The translations under genes were made by a program, and so were the position numbers. From an uncultured bacterium (GTDB lineage: Bacteria > Abyssobacteria > SURF-5), in the NCBI GenBank assembly GCA_964607485.1, contig CAZSKP010000035.1, positions 1-12,267 of the forward strand: DNA of 12,267 nucleotides. Direction: 5' to 3'. Of this stretch, positions 1 through 10,135 are shown piece after piece (positions within the stretch are counted from its first letter, which is position 1; each line of letters starts with the position of its first letter). The notes below the pieces were generated by a model. The model saw nothing but the letters and a program-made list of their open reading frames with translations. It searched no databases and was not told the DNA's origin.

Positions 1-47
1 GAGTTGACGCCCACAACCCACTCAATCACGGCCGCGTTCACGTTCAT
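1..47 (-). CDS. Possible 5' start of the next operon gene (partial, product unknown)
   Basis: ATG at 47 preceded by AAGGTGAAGG, overlapping the oppD end, reading [15 protein letters not shown] to the edge. Too short to identify. Confidence 0.3.
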   Translation of the reverse strand, partial: MNVNAAVIEWVVGVN

Positions 48-1014
48 ACGCCTTCACCTTCCAGCATCGAACCAAATGGCCGGGCCCGATTTCGCGAAGC
101 TCTATGTCCGTCTCCTTGCATTTCTCTTCCATCAGATTGCACCGCGGGTGGAACCGGCAGCCGGCGGGGTACGCCGACGGATCGGGCACGAAGCCCTCGA
201 TCGCTTCGAGGCGCTTGCTCTTGTCGCCCAGCTTGGGCAGCGAGCCGAATAGCCCGACCGTGTACGGATGTTTCGGGTTCGCGAACAAGTTTCGGGTCGT
301 CGTGTACTCCATTATCTGGCCGGCATACATCACGGCCACGTCGTCGGCAGTCTCCGCAATCACACCCAGATCGTGAGTGATGAGCATGGTTGACATCTTG
401 AATTCATCCCGCAGCTCGGTCAGGAGGTCGAGTATTTGCGCCTGAATGGTGACGTCGAGCGCAGTGGTGGGCTCGTCCGCTATGAGCAGCTTGGGATTGC
501 AGGAGATGGCCATCGCTATCATGGCCCTCTGCTTCATCCCGCCCGATAGCTGGTGCGGATAATCCCTGTAGCGTTGCTCGGGCGAGGGGATCTTCACCTT
601 CCGCAGAAGTTCGATGACGAGTTCCTTCGCCTCGGAGCGCGAGCTATGTCGATGAAGTCGAATCGCCTCTGCAATCTGGTAGCCGATGGTGAACACCGGA
701 TTGAGCGACGTCATCGGTTCCTGAAACACCATCGCGATGTCGTTGCCGCGCACCGACCGCATCTGCGACTCCGAGAGCTTGAGCAGGTCGCGTCCCTCGA
801 ACACGATTTCGCCGCTCACTATCCTGCCCGGCGGCGAGGGAACGAGCCTGAGTATCGAGAGCGCCGTGACGCTCTTTCCGCAGCCGCTCTCGCCCACCAG
901 TCCGAGCGTTCGGCCCTGCCCCACCGACAGGCTCACGCCGTCAACCGCCCGCGCCACCTTCGAGTCGGAGTAGAAGTACGTCTTCAGCTCGCGAATATCC
1001 AACAGCGTTTCCAT
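22..1014 (-). CDS. oppD: Oligopeptide/dipeptide ABC transporter ATP-binding protein (OppD/DppD family)
   Basis: Walker [10 protein letters not shown]-loop [10 protein letters not shown], signature LSGGMKQR, Walker [14 protein letters not shown]-loop ITHDLG, and C-terminal HPYT...GCRFHPRC-x6-C...C extension. Start moved from 1035 to ATG at 1014 ([11 protein letters not shown]), 4 nt after the upstream permease stop and preceded by a GAAGGAGAGG Shine-Dalgarno-like sequence. Confidence 0.95.
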   Translation of the reverse strand: METLLDIRELKTYFYSDSKVARAVDGVSLSVGQGRTLGLVGESGCGKSVTALSILRLVPSPPGRIVSGEIVFEGRDLLKLSESQMRSVRGNDIAMVFQEPMTSLNPVFTIGYQIAEAIRLHRHSSRSEAKELVIELLRKVKIPSPEQRYRDYPHQLSGGMKQRAMIAMAISCNPKLLIADEPTTALDVTIQAQILDLLTELRDEFKMSTMLITHDLGVIAETADDVAVMYAGQIMEYTTTRNLFANPKHPYTVGLFGSLPKLGDKSKRLEAIEGFVPDPSAYPAGCRFHPRCNLMEEKCKETDIELREIGPGHLVRCWKVKAYERERGRD

Positions 1015-1018
1015 GAGG

Positions 1019-2140
1019 CTATCCCTCTCCTTCAAAGGCGAGCCTCGGGTCGAATGCGTCGCGGAGTCCGTCGCCCAGGAAATTGAAGGCCATCACCGCG
1101 ATGAATATGAACAGTCCCGGAATGAGAATCCACGGGTGAAACTTTATCTCGCCGATGTTCATCGCATCGCTGAGCAGGTTGCCCCAACTGGCATACGGCT
1201 CCTGTATGCCGAGCCCGATGAGGCTCAGGGCCGACTCGCCCAGGATGTATCCCGGAATGCTCAGCGTGACCGCCACTATCACGTAGGAGAGCGTGTTGGG
1301 CAGTATGTGGCGAATTATGATTCGTAGCGAAGCATCGCCCGAGGCGCGAGCGGCGATGACGAATTCTTTCTCCCTGATGGAGAGCACCATGCCCCGTATC
1401 ACACGGGCCAGGCCGGCCCAGCCGATGAAGCTCATGATGAGCACTATCATCAGATACACCTCGGTCGATGACAACCCCGGCGGAAAGGCGGCGCGAAGTG
1501 CAAGCAGCAGGTAGAAACCGGGAATCATCATCACCATCTCGCACAGGCGCATCAGCGCGTTGTCGGTGCGTCCTCCGAAATATCCGGAAATGCCCCCGAC
1601 AATCATCCCGACAAAGAACGAGACCGCGACGCCGACGAACCCTATCGAGAGCGACACACGGCTGCCGTAAAGGATGCGCGAGAACAGGTCGCGGCCTCGA
1701 TAGTCGGCGCCCAGCAGATATATTCGCGCGGGCTCGTCCACGCCGAACAGGTGCGTTTTCATCGGTATGATTCCAAGGAGCCGGTGCTCCGTCCCCTCGA
1801 CGAAAAATTTTATCGGAAACCGCTTCGACTTGTCCTGAACATACACGCGTTTGTAGTACTCATCGAAGCTGTACGAATACGTATGGACAAACGGACGCAG
1901 ATGAAAGCCACCCGTCTCGTCGAACAGGTTCAGATGCATCGGCGGACAGTAGGAAAGGTCCCTGCGCTCTTCGTCGAAATTGTAGGGCGCGACGAAGTCA
2001 GCCAAGATGCACACCACATAAAGAAGAGCGAGCACCCACAGACTGGACATCGCCAGTTTGTGTCGGCGGAGACGGCGGACCGCGATACGCGTTTGCGTGG
2101 CGGCCGGCTTCTTCGACTCGTTCCGTTCGTTCCGGCTCAT
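1019..2140 (-). CDS. oppC: Oligopeptide/dipeptide ABC transporter permease (OppC/DppC family)
   Basis: N-terminal RRLRRHKLAM, LLGADYRGRDLFSR, EAA loop EFVIAARASG, RHILPN, and C-terminal FNFLGDGLRDAFDPR. Start placed at ATG 2140 (MSRNERN), which overlaps the oppB TGA as ATGA. The ORF-track extension to 2302 lies inside oppB. Confidence 0.95.
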   Translation of the reverse strand: MSRNERNESKKPAATQTRIAVRRLRRHKLAMSSLWVLALLYVVCILADFVAPYNFDEERRDLSYCPPMHLNLFDETGGFHLRPFVHTYSYSFDEYYKRVYVQDKSKRFPIKFFVEGTEHRLLGIIPMKTHLFGVDEPARIYLLGADYRGRDLFSRILYGSRVSLSIGFVGVAVSFFVGMIVGGISGYFGGRTDNALMRLCEMVMMIPGFYLLLALRAAFPPGLSSTEVYLMIVLIMSFIGWAGLARVIRGMVLSIREKEFVIAARASGDASLRIIIRHILPNTLSYVIVAVTLSIPGYILGESALSLIGLGIQEPYASWGNLLSDAMNIGEIKFHPWILIPGLFIFIAVMAFNFLGDGLRDAFDPRLAFEGEG

Positions 2141-3105
2141 TGATACGAAACCTGTGGGTCCACAACTGCAAGGAGCACGTCGGCCACAAGGTTGCCGACG
2201 ACGAGCAACAGCCCGCCGATGAGCATGCTCCCCATGACCAGAAATATGTCCTGGCTTCTCACCGCCTCGAGCATCACCTGACCGAGTCCGGGATAACCGC
2301 ACACAATTTCGAGGAGCGCGGCCCCGCTCAGCAGACTCGACAGCTCGAAACCGAATATCGTGACCATCGGGTTTATCGCATTGCGCAGGGCATGCCTGTA
2401 GATGACCCTGCTCTCCGGCAGCCCCTTCGCGCGCGCGGTGGTGATGTACTGCATCCTGAGCACCTCAAGCATGTTTCCGCGCATTATGCGTTGAAGGCCT
2501 GCAAGGCTCCCGATGGCGAGCACGGTCGTGGGTATGACCAGATGCAGAACCACGTCGCCCACCTTCGCCATCCCCGAGAGCTGGTCGTAGCCGGACGATT
2601 TCAGTCCGCCGATGGGGAGCAGGCCCAATTCGGAGCCCAGAAAGTAGAGCATCAGAAGCGCAAGGAAAAACCCCGGAAGCGACATGCCCACGAAGGCAAG
2701 CGTGGAGAAAATCTTGTCGCCCAGAGAATACTGGTGAACGGCGGAATATATCCCAATCGGAATCGCCACGAGCCATGTGATAAGGATGGCCGAGACGGAC
2801 AGAAGCAGCGTGTTCACGAGTCGGCTCCCTATCACGCCCGCGACCGGCTGTTTCTGCGAGATCGAATATCCGAGGTCGAGCCTGGCGAGGTTCTTCAGCC
2901 AGTACGCGTACTGGACCAACGCGGGCTGGTTCATGTGATATTGCGATTCGAGCCGCTGTATGGTCTCATCGGAAATCTGCGGGTTCATCCTCAACGTCGC
3001 AAAATAATCGCCGGGCGCAAGCTGAATGAACATGAACGCCACAAAAGACATTATCAGGAGCAGCGGAATGAGAGTGAGCAGGCGGCGAGTGATATAGGCG
3101 GTCAT
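2137..3105 (-). CDS. oppB: Oligopeptide/dipeptide ABC transporter permease (OppB/DppB family)
   Basis: MTAYITRRLL start, APGD, DLGYS, EAA loop YITTARAKGL, RHALRNA, YPGLG, and NLVADVLLAVVDP end. GAGGTG Shine-Dalgarno-like sequence 5 nt before the ATG. Confidence 0.95.
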   Translation of the reverse strand: MTAYITRRLLTLIPLLLIMSFVAFMFIQLAPGDYFATLRMNPQISDETIQRLESQYHMNQPALVQYAYWLKNLARLDLGYSISQKQPVAGVIGSRLVNTLLLSVSAILITWLVAIPIGIYSAVHQYSLGDKIFSTLAFVGMSLPGFFLALLMLYFLGSELGLLPIGGLKSSGYDQLSGMAKVGDVVLHLVIPTTVLAIGSLAGLQRIMRGNMLEVLRMQYITTARAKGLPESRVIYRHALRNAINPMVTIFGFELSSLLSGAALLEIVCGYPGLGQVMLEAVRSQDIFLVMGSMLIGGLLLVVGNLVADVLLAVVDPQVSYQ

Positions 3106-3132
3106 GCCGGCACCTCAGGGTAGATATGACTC

Positions 3133-3183
3133 AGCCCACGAGCGCTTCTCGTGGGCTTCGGCAATCCATGTGCGCGCGATTGC
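3133..3183 (-). promoter_or_regulatory. Intercistronic stem-loops between the binding-protein gene and oppB (probable mRNA stabiliser or attenuator)
   Basis: Perfect 10-bp inverted repeat AGCCCACGAG (3133-3142) / CTCGTGGGCT (3148-3157) with a 5-nt loop, plus GCAATC (3161-3166) / GATTGC (3178-3183). No U-tract follows on the minus strand. Confidence 0.6.
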
Positions 3184-3190
3184 ATCGGGG

Positions 3191-4990
3191 TCACTTGACG
3201 ACGTATATCTCCTCTATATTATGGAACGCCCCGCCGAACGCGGTCGGGTGCAAGTTGCCGAACTTATTGCGAACGGCGAAGATCGACTCGGGCAGAACCG
3301 TGTAGATAACCGGAACCTCCTCGGAGACGATCAGTTGCCATTCGTCGTAAAGCTTCTTCCGCTTGTTGCGGTCGAGCTCCTGCACGCCTTGGTCGAATAT
3401 CTGGTCGATGCGCGCTTCCCACGGAGTGGCTGGCTTCTTCTGGCGCGGATACCACTCGTGAAGCTGGCCGGAAGAGTACCACACGTTCTTGGCGAAGTGC
3501 GGTTCGACCCCGCCCGTCAGGCCGAGAAGGATGCAGTCCCAGTCGAACGTCGACATGAGCTTGTCCACGATGTTATTGAACTCCAGCGGTGTAAAGTTGA
3601 CGCGCATCCCTATTGTTTCGAGGTCCTTCCGAATGATGTCGCCGATCTTCACGCGCACGTTGTTCTCCGCGTTCGTGAACAGGTTGAATTCGACCGTGTT
3701 GCCTTCGGAGTCCTCGACGTATCCGTCGCCGTCCCTGTCCTTGAAACCTGCAAGCGCGAGTATCTCCTTCGATTTATCGGGGTCGTATTCATATTTCATG
3801 ACGTTCGGATTGTAGAAGAAGCCGGCGCTCGGGCTCATGGAAGAATACTGCGGGTACGCGAGGCCGTTCATCACGGCGTCTATCACGGACTGTCTGTCGA
3901 GCGCATACGCCACGGCCCTGCGAAACTGGACATTGGTGAACCACTTCAGTTTTTTCGGCTCGACATACGGCTTGCCGGTCTGCGGATTCGCTTCCGGATT
4001 CTCGTTGAACACGATGAAGTTCGTGCCGAAGGCGGGACCCGCGCGGAAAATCGTGAAGTTCTTCTCCTTTTCCACCGGCTTGAGGATGGGGTAGTCGGAG
4101 CCGCGGAGGCCGTAATAGTCGGTCTCGCCGTCCTGGAATTTCAGCAGGGATACATCCATGTCGGGAACAACGAGAATCACGATGCCGTCCAGATACGGCA
4201 GCCGGTTGCCCTCGGCGTCGGTGCGCCAATAGTGCGGATTTCGTTTGAGTACCACACGCTGGCTGGGCTCGTAGCGTTCGAGCATGAACGGGCCGGTCCC
4301 GACAATTTCCTCAGGCTTGGCATCGACTCCCCACGTGGAATTGAACTCGCCCTTGGCAACAGGTTCTTCGAGAATGTGTTTCGGCATTATCTCCTGGAGC
4401 GCCAGTCCGCGCAGGAAGGGCGCAAATTTCGACGGGGTCGTGAAGGTGACGGTGTGGTCATCGACTTTCACGACCTCGAACTCCTTGCCCTCGATGGTGA
4501 AGACGTCGCGACTGCTCGTCGGGATGTCTTTGTTGTAAACAAGCTGCTTGTACGTGAAGACCACGTCATCGGCCGTGAAAGGAACCCCGTCGTTCCACTT
4601 GACATCCTCGCGCAGGTGCATCGTCCAGGTGAGGCCGTCCGGCGAAACGTCCCAGCTCTTTGCCAGTCCGGGCTCGACCTCGTCCGTGATTCCCGACACC
4701 CGTGTGAGTCCGTCAAATATGTATTGAGTGATCGCGGTCGTCGAAGTCTCCTGCGCTATCACCGGGTTGAAGCTCTTTGGGTTGGCGATGCTGCTCACGA
4801 TCAGGTGGCCGCCGCGCCGGCCTATTTGAGGCTTGTATTCGACGGTGGAAACCGTGGGCGCAGCCGGAGGGACGGGAGACGACGAGGGCTGGGATGCTCC
4901 TTCTTCCGCCTTCTCACTGCAACCGTACATTGCCAAGGCGGCGAGCGCCAGCCCGAACAGAATCCTCCAGCGTCCTCTGAGAATTCTCAC
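3191..4990 (-). CDS. oppA: ABC transporter substrate-binding lipoprotein, family 5 (OppA/DppA/NikA-like)
   Basis: Family-5 motifs PGLAKSWDVSPDGLTWTMHLREDVKWNDGVPFTADDVVFT, GTGPF, RNPHYW, FRRAVAYALDR. Signal peptide II MRILRGRWRILFGLALAALAMYG-C followed by a Pro/Ser-rich linker. Start inferred at GTG 4990 with GGAAGGA 9 nt upstream; the ORF track starts at 5056. Substrate unknown. Confidence 0.92.
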   Translation of the reverse strand: MRILRGRWRILFGLALAALAMYGCSEKAEEGASQPSSSPVPPAAPTVSTVEYKPQIGRRGGHLIVSSIANPKSFNPVIAQETSTTAITQYIFDGLTRVSGITDEVEPGLAKSWDVSPDGLTWTMHLREDVKWNDGVPFTADDVVFTYKQLVYNKDIPTSSRDVFTIEGKEFEVVKVDDHTVTFTTPSKFAPFLRGLALQEIMPKHILEEPVAKGEFNSTWGVDAKPEEIVGTGPFMLERYEPSQRVVLKRNPHYWRTDAEGNRLPYLDGIVILVVPDMDVSLLKFQDGETDYYGLRGSDYPILKPVEKEKNFTIFRAGPAFGTNFIVFNENPEANPQTGKPYVEPKKLKWFTNVQFRRAVAYALDRQSVIDAVMNGLAYPQYSSMSPSAGFFYNPNVMKYEYDPDKSKEILALAGFKDRDGDGYVEDSEGNTVEFNLFTNAENNVRVKIGDIIRKDLETIGMRVNFTPLEFNNIVDKLMSTFDWDCILLGLTGGVEPHFAKNVWYSSGQLHEWYPRQKKPATPWEARIDQIFDQGVQELDRNKRKKLYDEWQLIVSEEVPVIYTVLPESIFAVRNKFGNLHPTAFGGAFHNIEEIYVVK

Positions 4991-5146
4991 AGCGCGAATT
5001 CCTTCCGAACCGATGCTTACAGAGTCCTGTCCAGATAGAACCACAGCCCGACGCAATAGATGCCCACGAGCACTATCTGGATAAACTCAATTGTGCCAAA
5101 GTTTTCCATAGCCTCTCTTGAGAATGCGCTTTAAGTGGTGGCCCGG

Positions 5147-7930
<2,784 letters not shown>

Positions 7931-7994
7931 GGTCATCCCTCCGATTTGTCGGTTGAGATTTCTCTTACCACGTGACGGAGTGCAACTGATAAGA

Positions 7995-8024
7995 TTTATA
8001 GCACAACGAGTTGGGTCTTTTCAA
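7995..8024 (-). promoter_or_regulatory. Putative sigma70-type promoter for ppdK
   Basis: Minus strand TTGAAA (8024-8019), 18-nt spacer ending in TGc (extended -10), then TATAAA (8000-7995). Lies in an AT-rich intergenic stretch with a T-tract just upstream of the -35. Confidence 0.55.
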
Positions 8025-8025
8025 C

Positions 8026-8070
8026 AAAAAAAGGCCCGCCGACACGGCTCTCGCGTCGCGCCGGCGACGC
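8026..8070 (-). terminator. Possible intrinsic terminator downstream of the membrane glycosyltransferase-like gene
   Basis: GCGTCGC/GCGACGC 7-bp stem (8053-8070), a short GCCG/CGGC stem, and a 7-T run on the minus strand (8032-8026). The strong stem is not adjacent to the T-run, so the geometry is imperfect. Confidence 0.35.
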
Positions 8071-8097
8071 TTGCGCAATCCGCCTCCCCGGCGTTCA

Positions 8098-9888
8098 CTA
8101 CATTCTGTACACCACAATGTCGCCATTCATGTAAGGCACTGTCTGCGTTTCTTCAAATGGCCCCAACAGGCCGATCAGCTTCCGGGCGACCTCTTCGTCT
8201 CCATGGCTCATGTGCCAGGTGTGGAGGAATATGTACTTCGTATGGTTCTCGATCAGCTTCCGGCGCGTGTCGCTCATCTCCTGCTCACGCTCGGGGTCCG
8301 CGGTCAGGCTGAGATAGTATTCCGAAAGCTTTCCCTCTAAAATCGCCCGGAGAAACGCGTCCCCCTCGATGAAGTCCGTGCTCCCGGGGGAATGGCGCGC
8401 GAACTGGCCCTCGATGAGAGGTTTTTGATGGACAATTTGAAAGTACGTGCCGACGACTATCATGTCCACTTCCATCGGGATATCCAGGATGGCGTAGTCG
8501 GGCTCTTCCGCCGCCATCTGCCGGTATATGTCGGGCACCAGCAGATTCGCCGTCTTGAACGGAGCCCCGAAGTTTTCCAGAAGCACGAGGAAGGAAAACA
8601 ACGCCACCGCGATTCCGCGTCTGAGATGCCGCGACTGTGCCGCCGATTTCACCCCGTACGCCGACAAAACGGCCAGTGGCAGCATGACGAGCACGATCAT
8701 CCGCTCCGGCGCCCGCTCGACCCGGAAGAAGGGAACCCACTTGTACAGCACATAATAAGGGAGCGGAATATTCTCGTACACCTTCCCGCCGACGTGGAGG
8801 TACGGCCCCATCGACAGGAGCGCGAACAGGAGAAACGAGAAGAGCCAGAACCACTTCTGCCTGGCTTGGGCCTTTATCGCGCCCCACACGGCAAGCCCCA
8901 GCGCCGTGTAGCCGAGGAAACTTTTCAGCCCGATGACGCGCCAGTCTATCCCCTTCGAGTACAGGAACTGGAAGTCGAGCAGCAGGTCGTAGAATCGCAG
9001 CTTGAAGCTCGGAATCACAAAGTTCAACAGGTCGTTGGAAAACGTCACGGGCCACATGAAATCCATCGTCGCCGCTTCTCCTCTGCCACTCGAAAAGAAA
9101 GACCGGATGGCCAACAGCAGGGGAAGCGCAAGCAGCGAGAAACTCGCCAAGGCCACGCAGCCGCTCGCCGCGACCCCCTTGAGATAGGCGCGGTCAAACT
9201 TCCTCGCCACGATATAGGCGAACGTCAGGATGAGCGCGAACGCAGTTGAAAAAAGCGCAAACGAGAGAGACGAATAGAACAGCAGCGCGAAGAACACTCC
9301 GGCCCACACGCCTCTCCACAGCGACGGCGACTTGAGCAGTCGGATCAGAAAGAAAACGAAGAATACGACGAACTCGAAACAGAAAAGGTTGAGCGTTGAA
9401 AGCGTCCAGAGGCGGTTCGCGCAGAACGAATAAATCAATCCCCCTACGAATGCCGCGGACGAATCGCCCACGACCTCGAGTGCGAGCAGATACATCCCGT
9501 ACGCGGCGAGGATGTACGAGCACAGCGCGATCACGCTGTAGGCGATGATCGGCCCGCCCTCGGCGTGCGCCAGCCACTGGAACGGGAGCGACACGACATT
9601 GTAAATGCCCGTGAAAGGAAGGAACACCAGCGAAGTGCCGTGGGGATAATAGACGTATTTGCTGAAGAACGGCTGGACGTGCAGGTCGAATATCGAATAC
9701 TTAAACCACCAGAAATTCCACAGGTCAACGAACGAATCCCGGTTCCAGTAGTGCTCCGCGTCGGTCACGTCGAGCGGCATCTGGTTCAGCCGAAACACGA
9801 CGGGATACGTCATCACGAACGTGATGAGCGCGTAAAGCAGGAGCAGGCCGAGATGCCGTTGCCACTTCTTTTCGCATGTGATTCGCAT
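8098..9888 (-). CDS. Polytopic membrane protein, probable GT-C fold glycosyltransferase (YfhO/PMT-like)
   Basis: Roughly 10-12 hydrophobic segments. The first TM is followed by an external loop containing D-x4-LWNFWW and YYPHG. Also SAAFVGGLIYSF, FLGY, LLSMGP, PFFRVERAPERM, and a soluble C-terminal domain (YAILDIP...YFQIVHQKPLIEG). Start inferred at ATG 9888; the ORF-track TTG 9945 coincides with a -35 box. Confidence 0.72.
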   Translation of the reverse strand: MRITCEKKWQRHLGLLLLYALITFVMTYPVVFRLNQMPLDVTDAEHYWNRDSFVDLWNFWWFKYSIFDLHVQPFFSKYVYYPHGTSLVFLPFTGIYNVVSLPFQWLAHAEGGPIIAYSVIALCSYILAAYGMYLLALEVVGDSSAAFVGGLIYSFCANRLWTLSTLNLFCFEFVVFFVFFLIRLLKSPSLWRGVWAGVFFALLFYSSLSFALFSTAFALILTFAYIVARKFDRAYLKGVAASGCVALASFSLLALPLLLAIRSFFSSGRGEAATMDFMWPVTFSNDLLNFVIPSFKLRFYDLLLDFQFLYSKGIDWRVIGLKSFLGYTALGLAVWGAIKAQARQKWFWLFSFLLFALLSMGPYLHVGGKVYENIPLPYYVLYKWVPFFRVERAPERMIVLVMLPLAVLSAYGVKSAAQSRHLRRGIAVALFSFLVLLENFGAPFKTANLLVPDIYRQMAAEEPDYAILDIPMEVDMIVVGTYFQIVHQKPLIEGQFARHSPGSTDFIEGDAFLRAILEGKLSEYYLSLTADPEREQEMSDTRRKLIENHTKYIFLHTWHMSHGDEEVARKLIGLLGPFEETQTVPYMNGDIVVYRM

Positions 9889-9916
9889 TTTTCTGGTGTG
9901 GAGTCGGGCGATTACG

Positions 9917-9945
9917 AGTATTCCACAATCCCCCGCTCCTGTCAA
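9917..9945 (-). promoter_or_regulatory. Putative sigma70-type promoter for the membrane protein gene
   Basis: Minus strand perfect TTGACA (9945-9940), 17-nt spacer ending in TGg, then AATACT (9922-9917). Confidence 0.5.
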
Positions 9946-9999
9946 CCAGTCCGGATTTTTCCATTTCCCTTCCCCTGCGGGGGCCGCGAAACTCCAGCC

Positions 10000-10028
10000 T
10001 TGACTTTGTTAACTGGTAGTAGTATCGT
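10000..10028 (+). promoter_or_regulatory. Putative sigma70-type promoter for the beta-helix gene (divergent)
   Basis: TTGACT (10000-10005), 17-nt spacer, TATCGT (10023-10028). Confidence 0.45.
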
Positions 10029-10135
10029 AGATTCACCGAAAACAGTTCGACGGGAGATTGCCCGCGCATCGAGAGCAATCGACTGTCGTGTAATAAAGGG
10101 AAAGAATAGAGTAACAAAGCGGGGGGATTAGGAAA

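Noticed and set aside
3104..5038. 644-aa plus-strand ORF antisense to oppA, and similar ORFs at 2140-3123, 5996-7039, 8392-9249 and 11096-11830
   Set aside because: Shadow ORFs opposite well-supported genes. High GC3 codon usage suppresses antisense stops, and the translations show no recognisable motifs.
5053..5099. Possible sigma54 promoter (TTGGCAC... or GGGCATCTATTGC, minus strand)
   Set aside because: Neither candidate gives the obligatory GG-N10-GC spacing.
5075..5125. SAM-I riboswitch-like words on the minus strand (TCAAGAGAGG, TTATCCAGA)
   Set aside because: The GAGGGA...GGCCC kink-turn/pseudoknot, GCAACC and GTGC elements are not present in the required order.
7953..8340. Short plus-strand ORFs spanning the ppdK upstream region
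   Set aside because: They overlap promoter and terminator signals and the 3' end of the membrane gene on the opposite strand, with no coding hallmarks.
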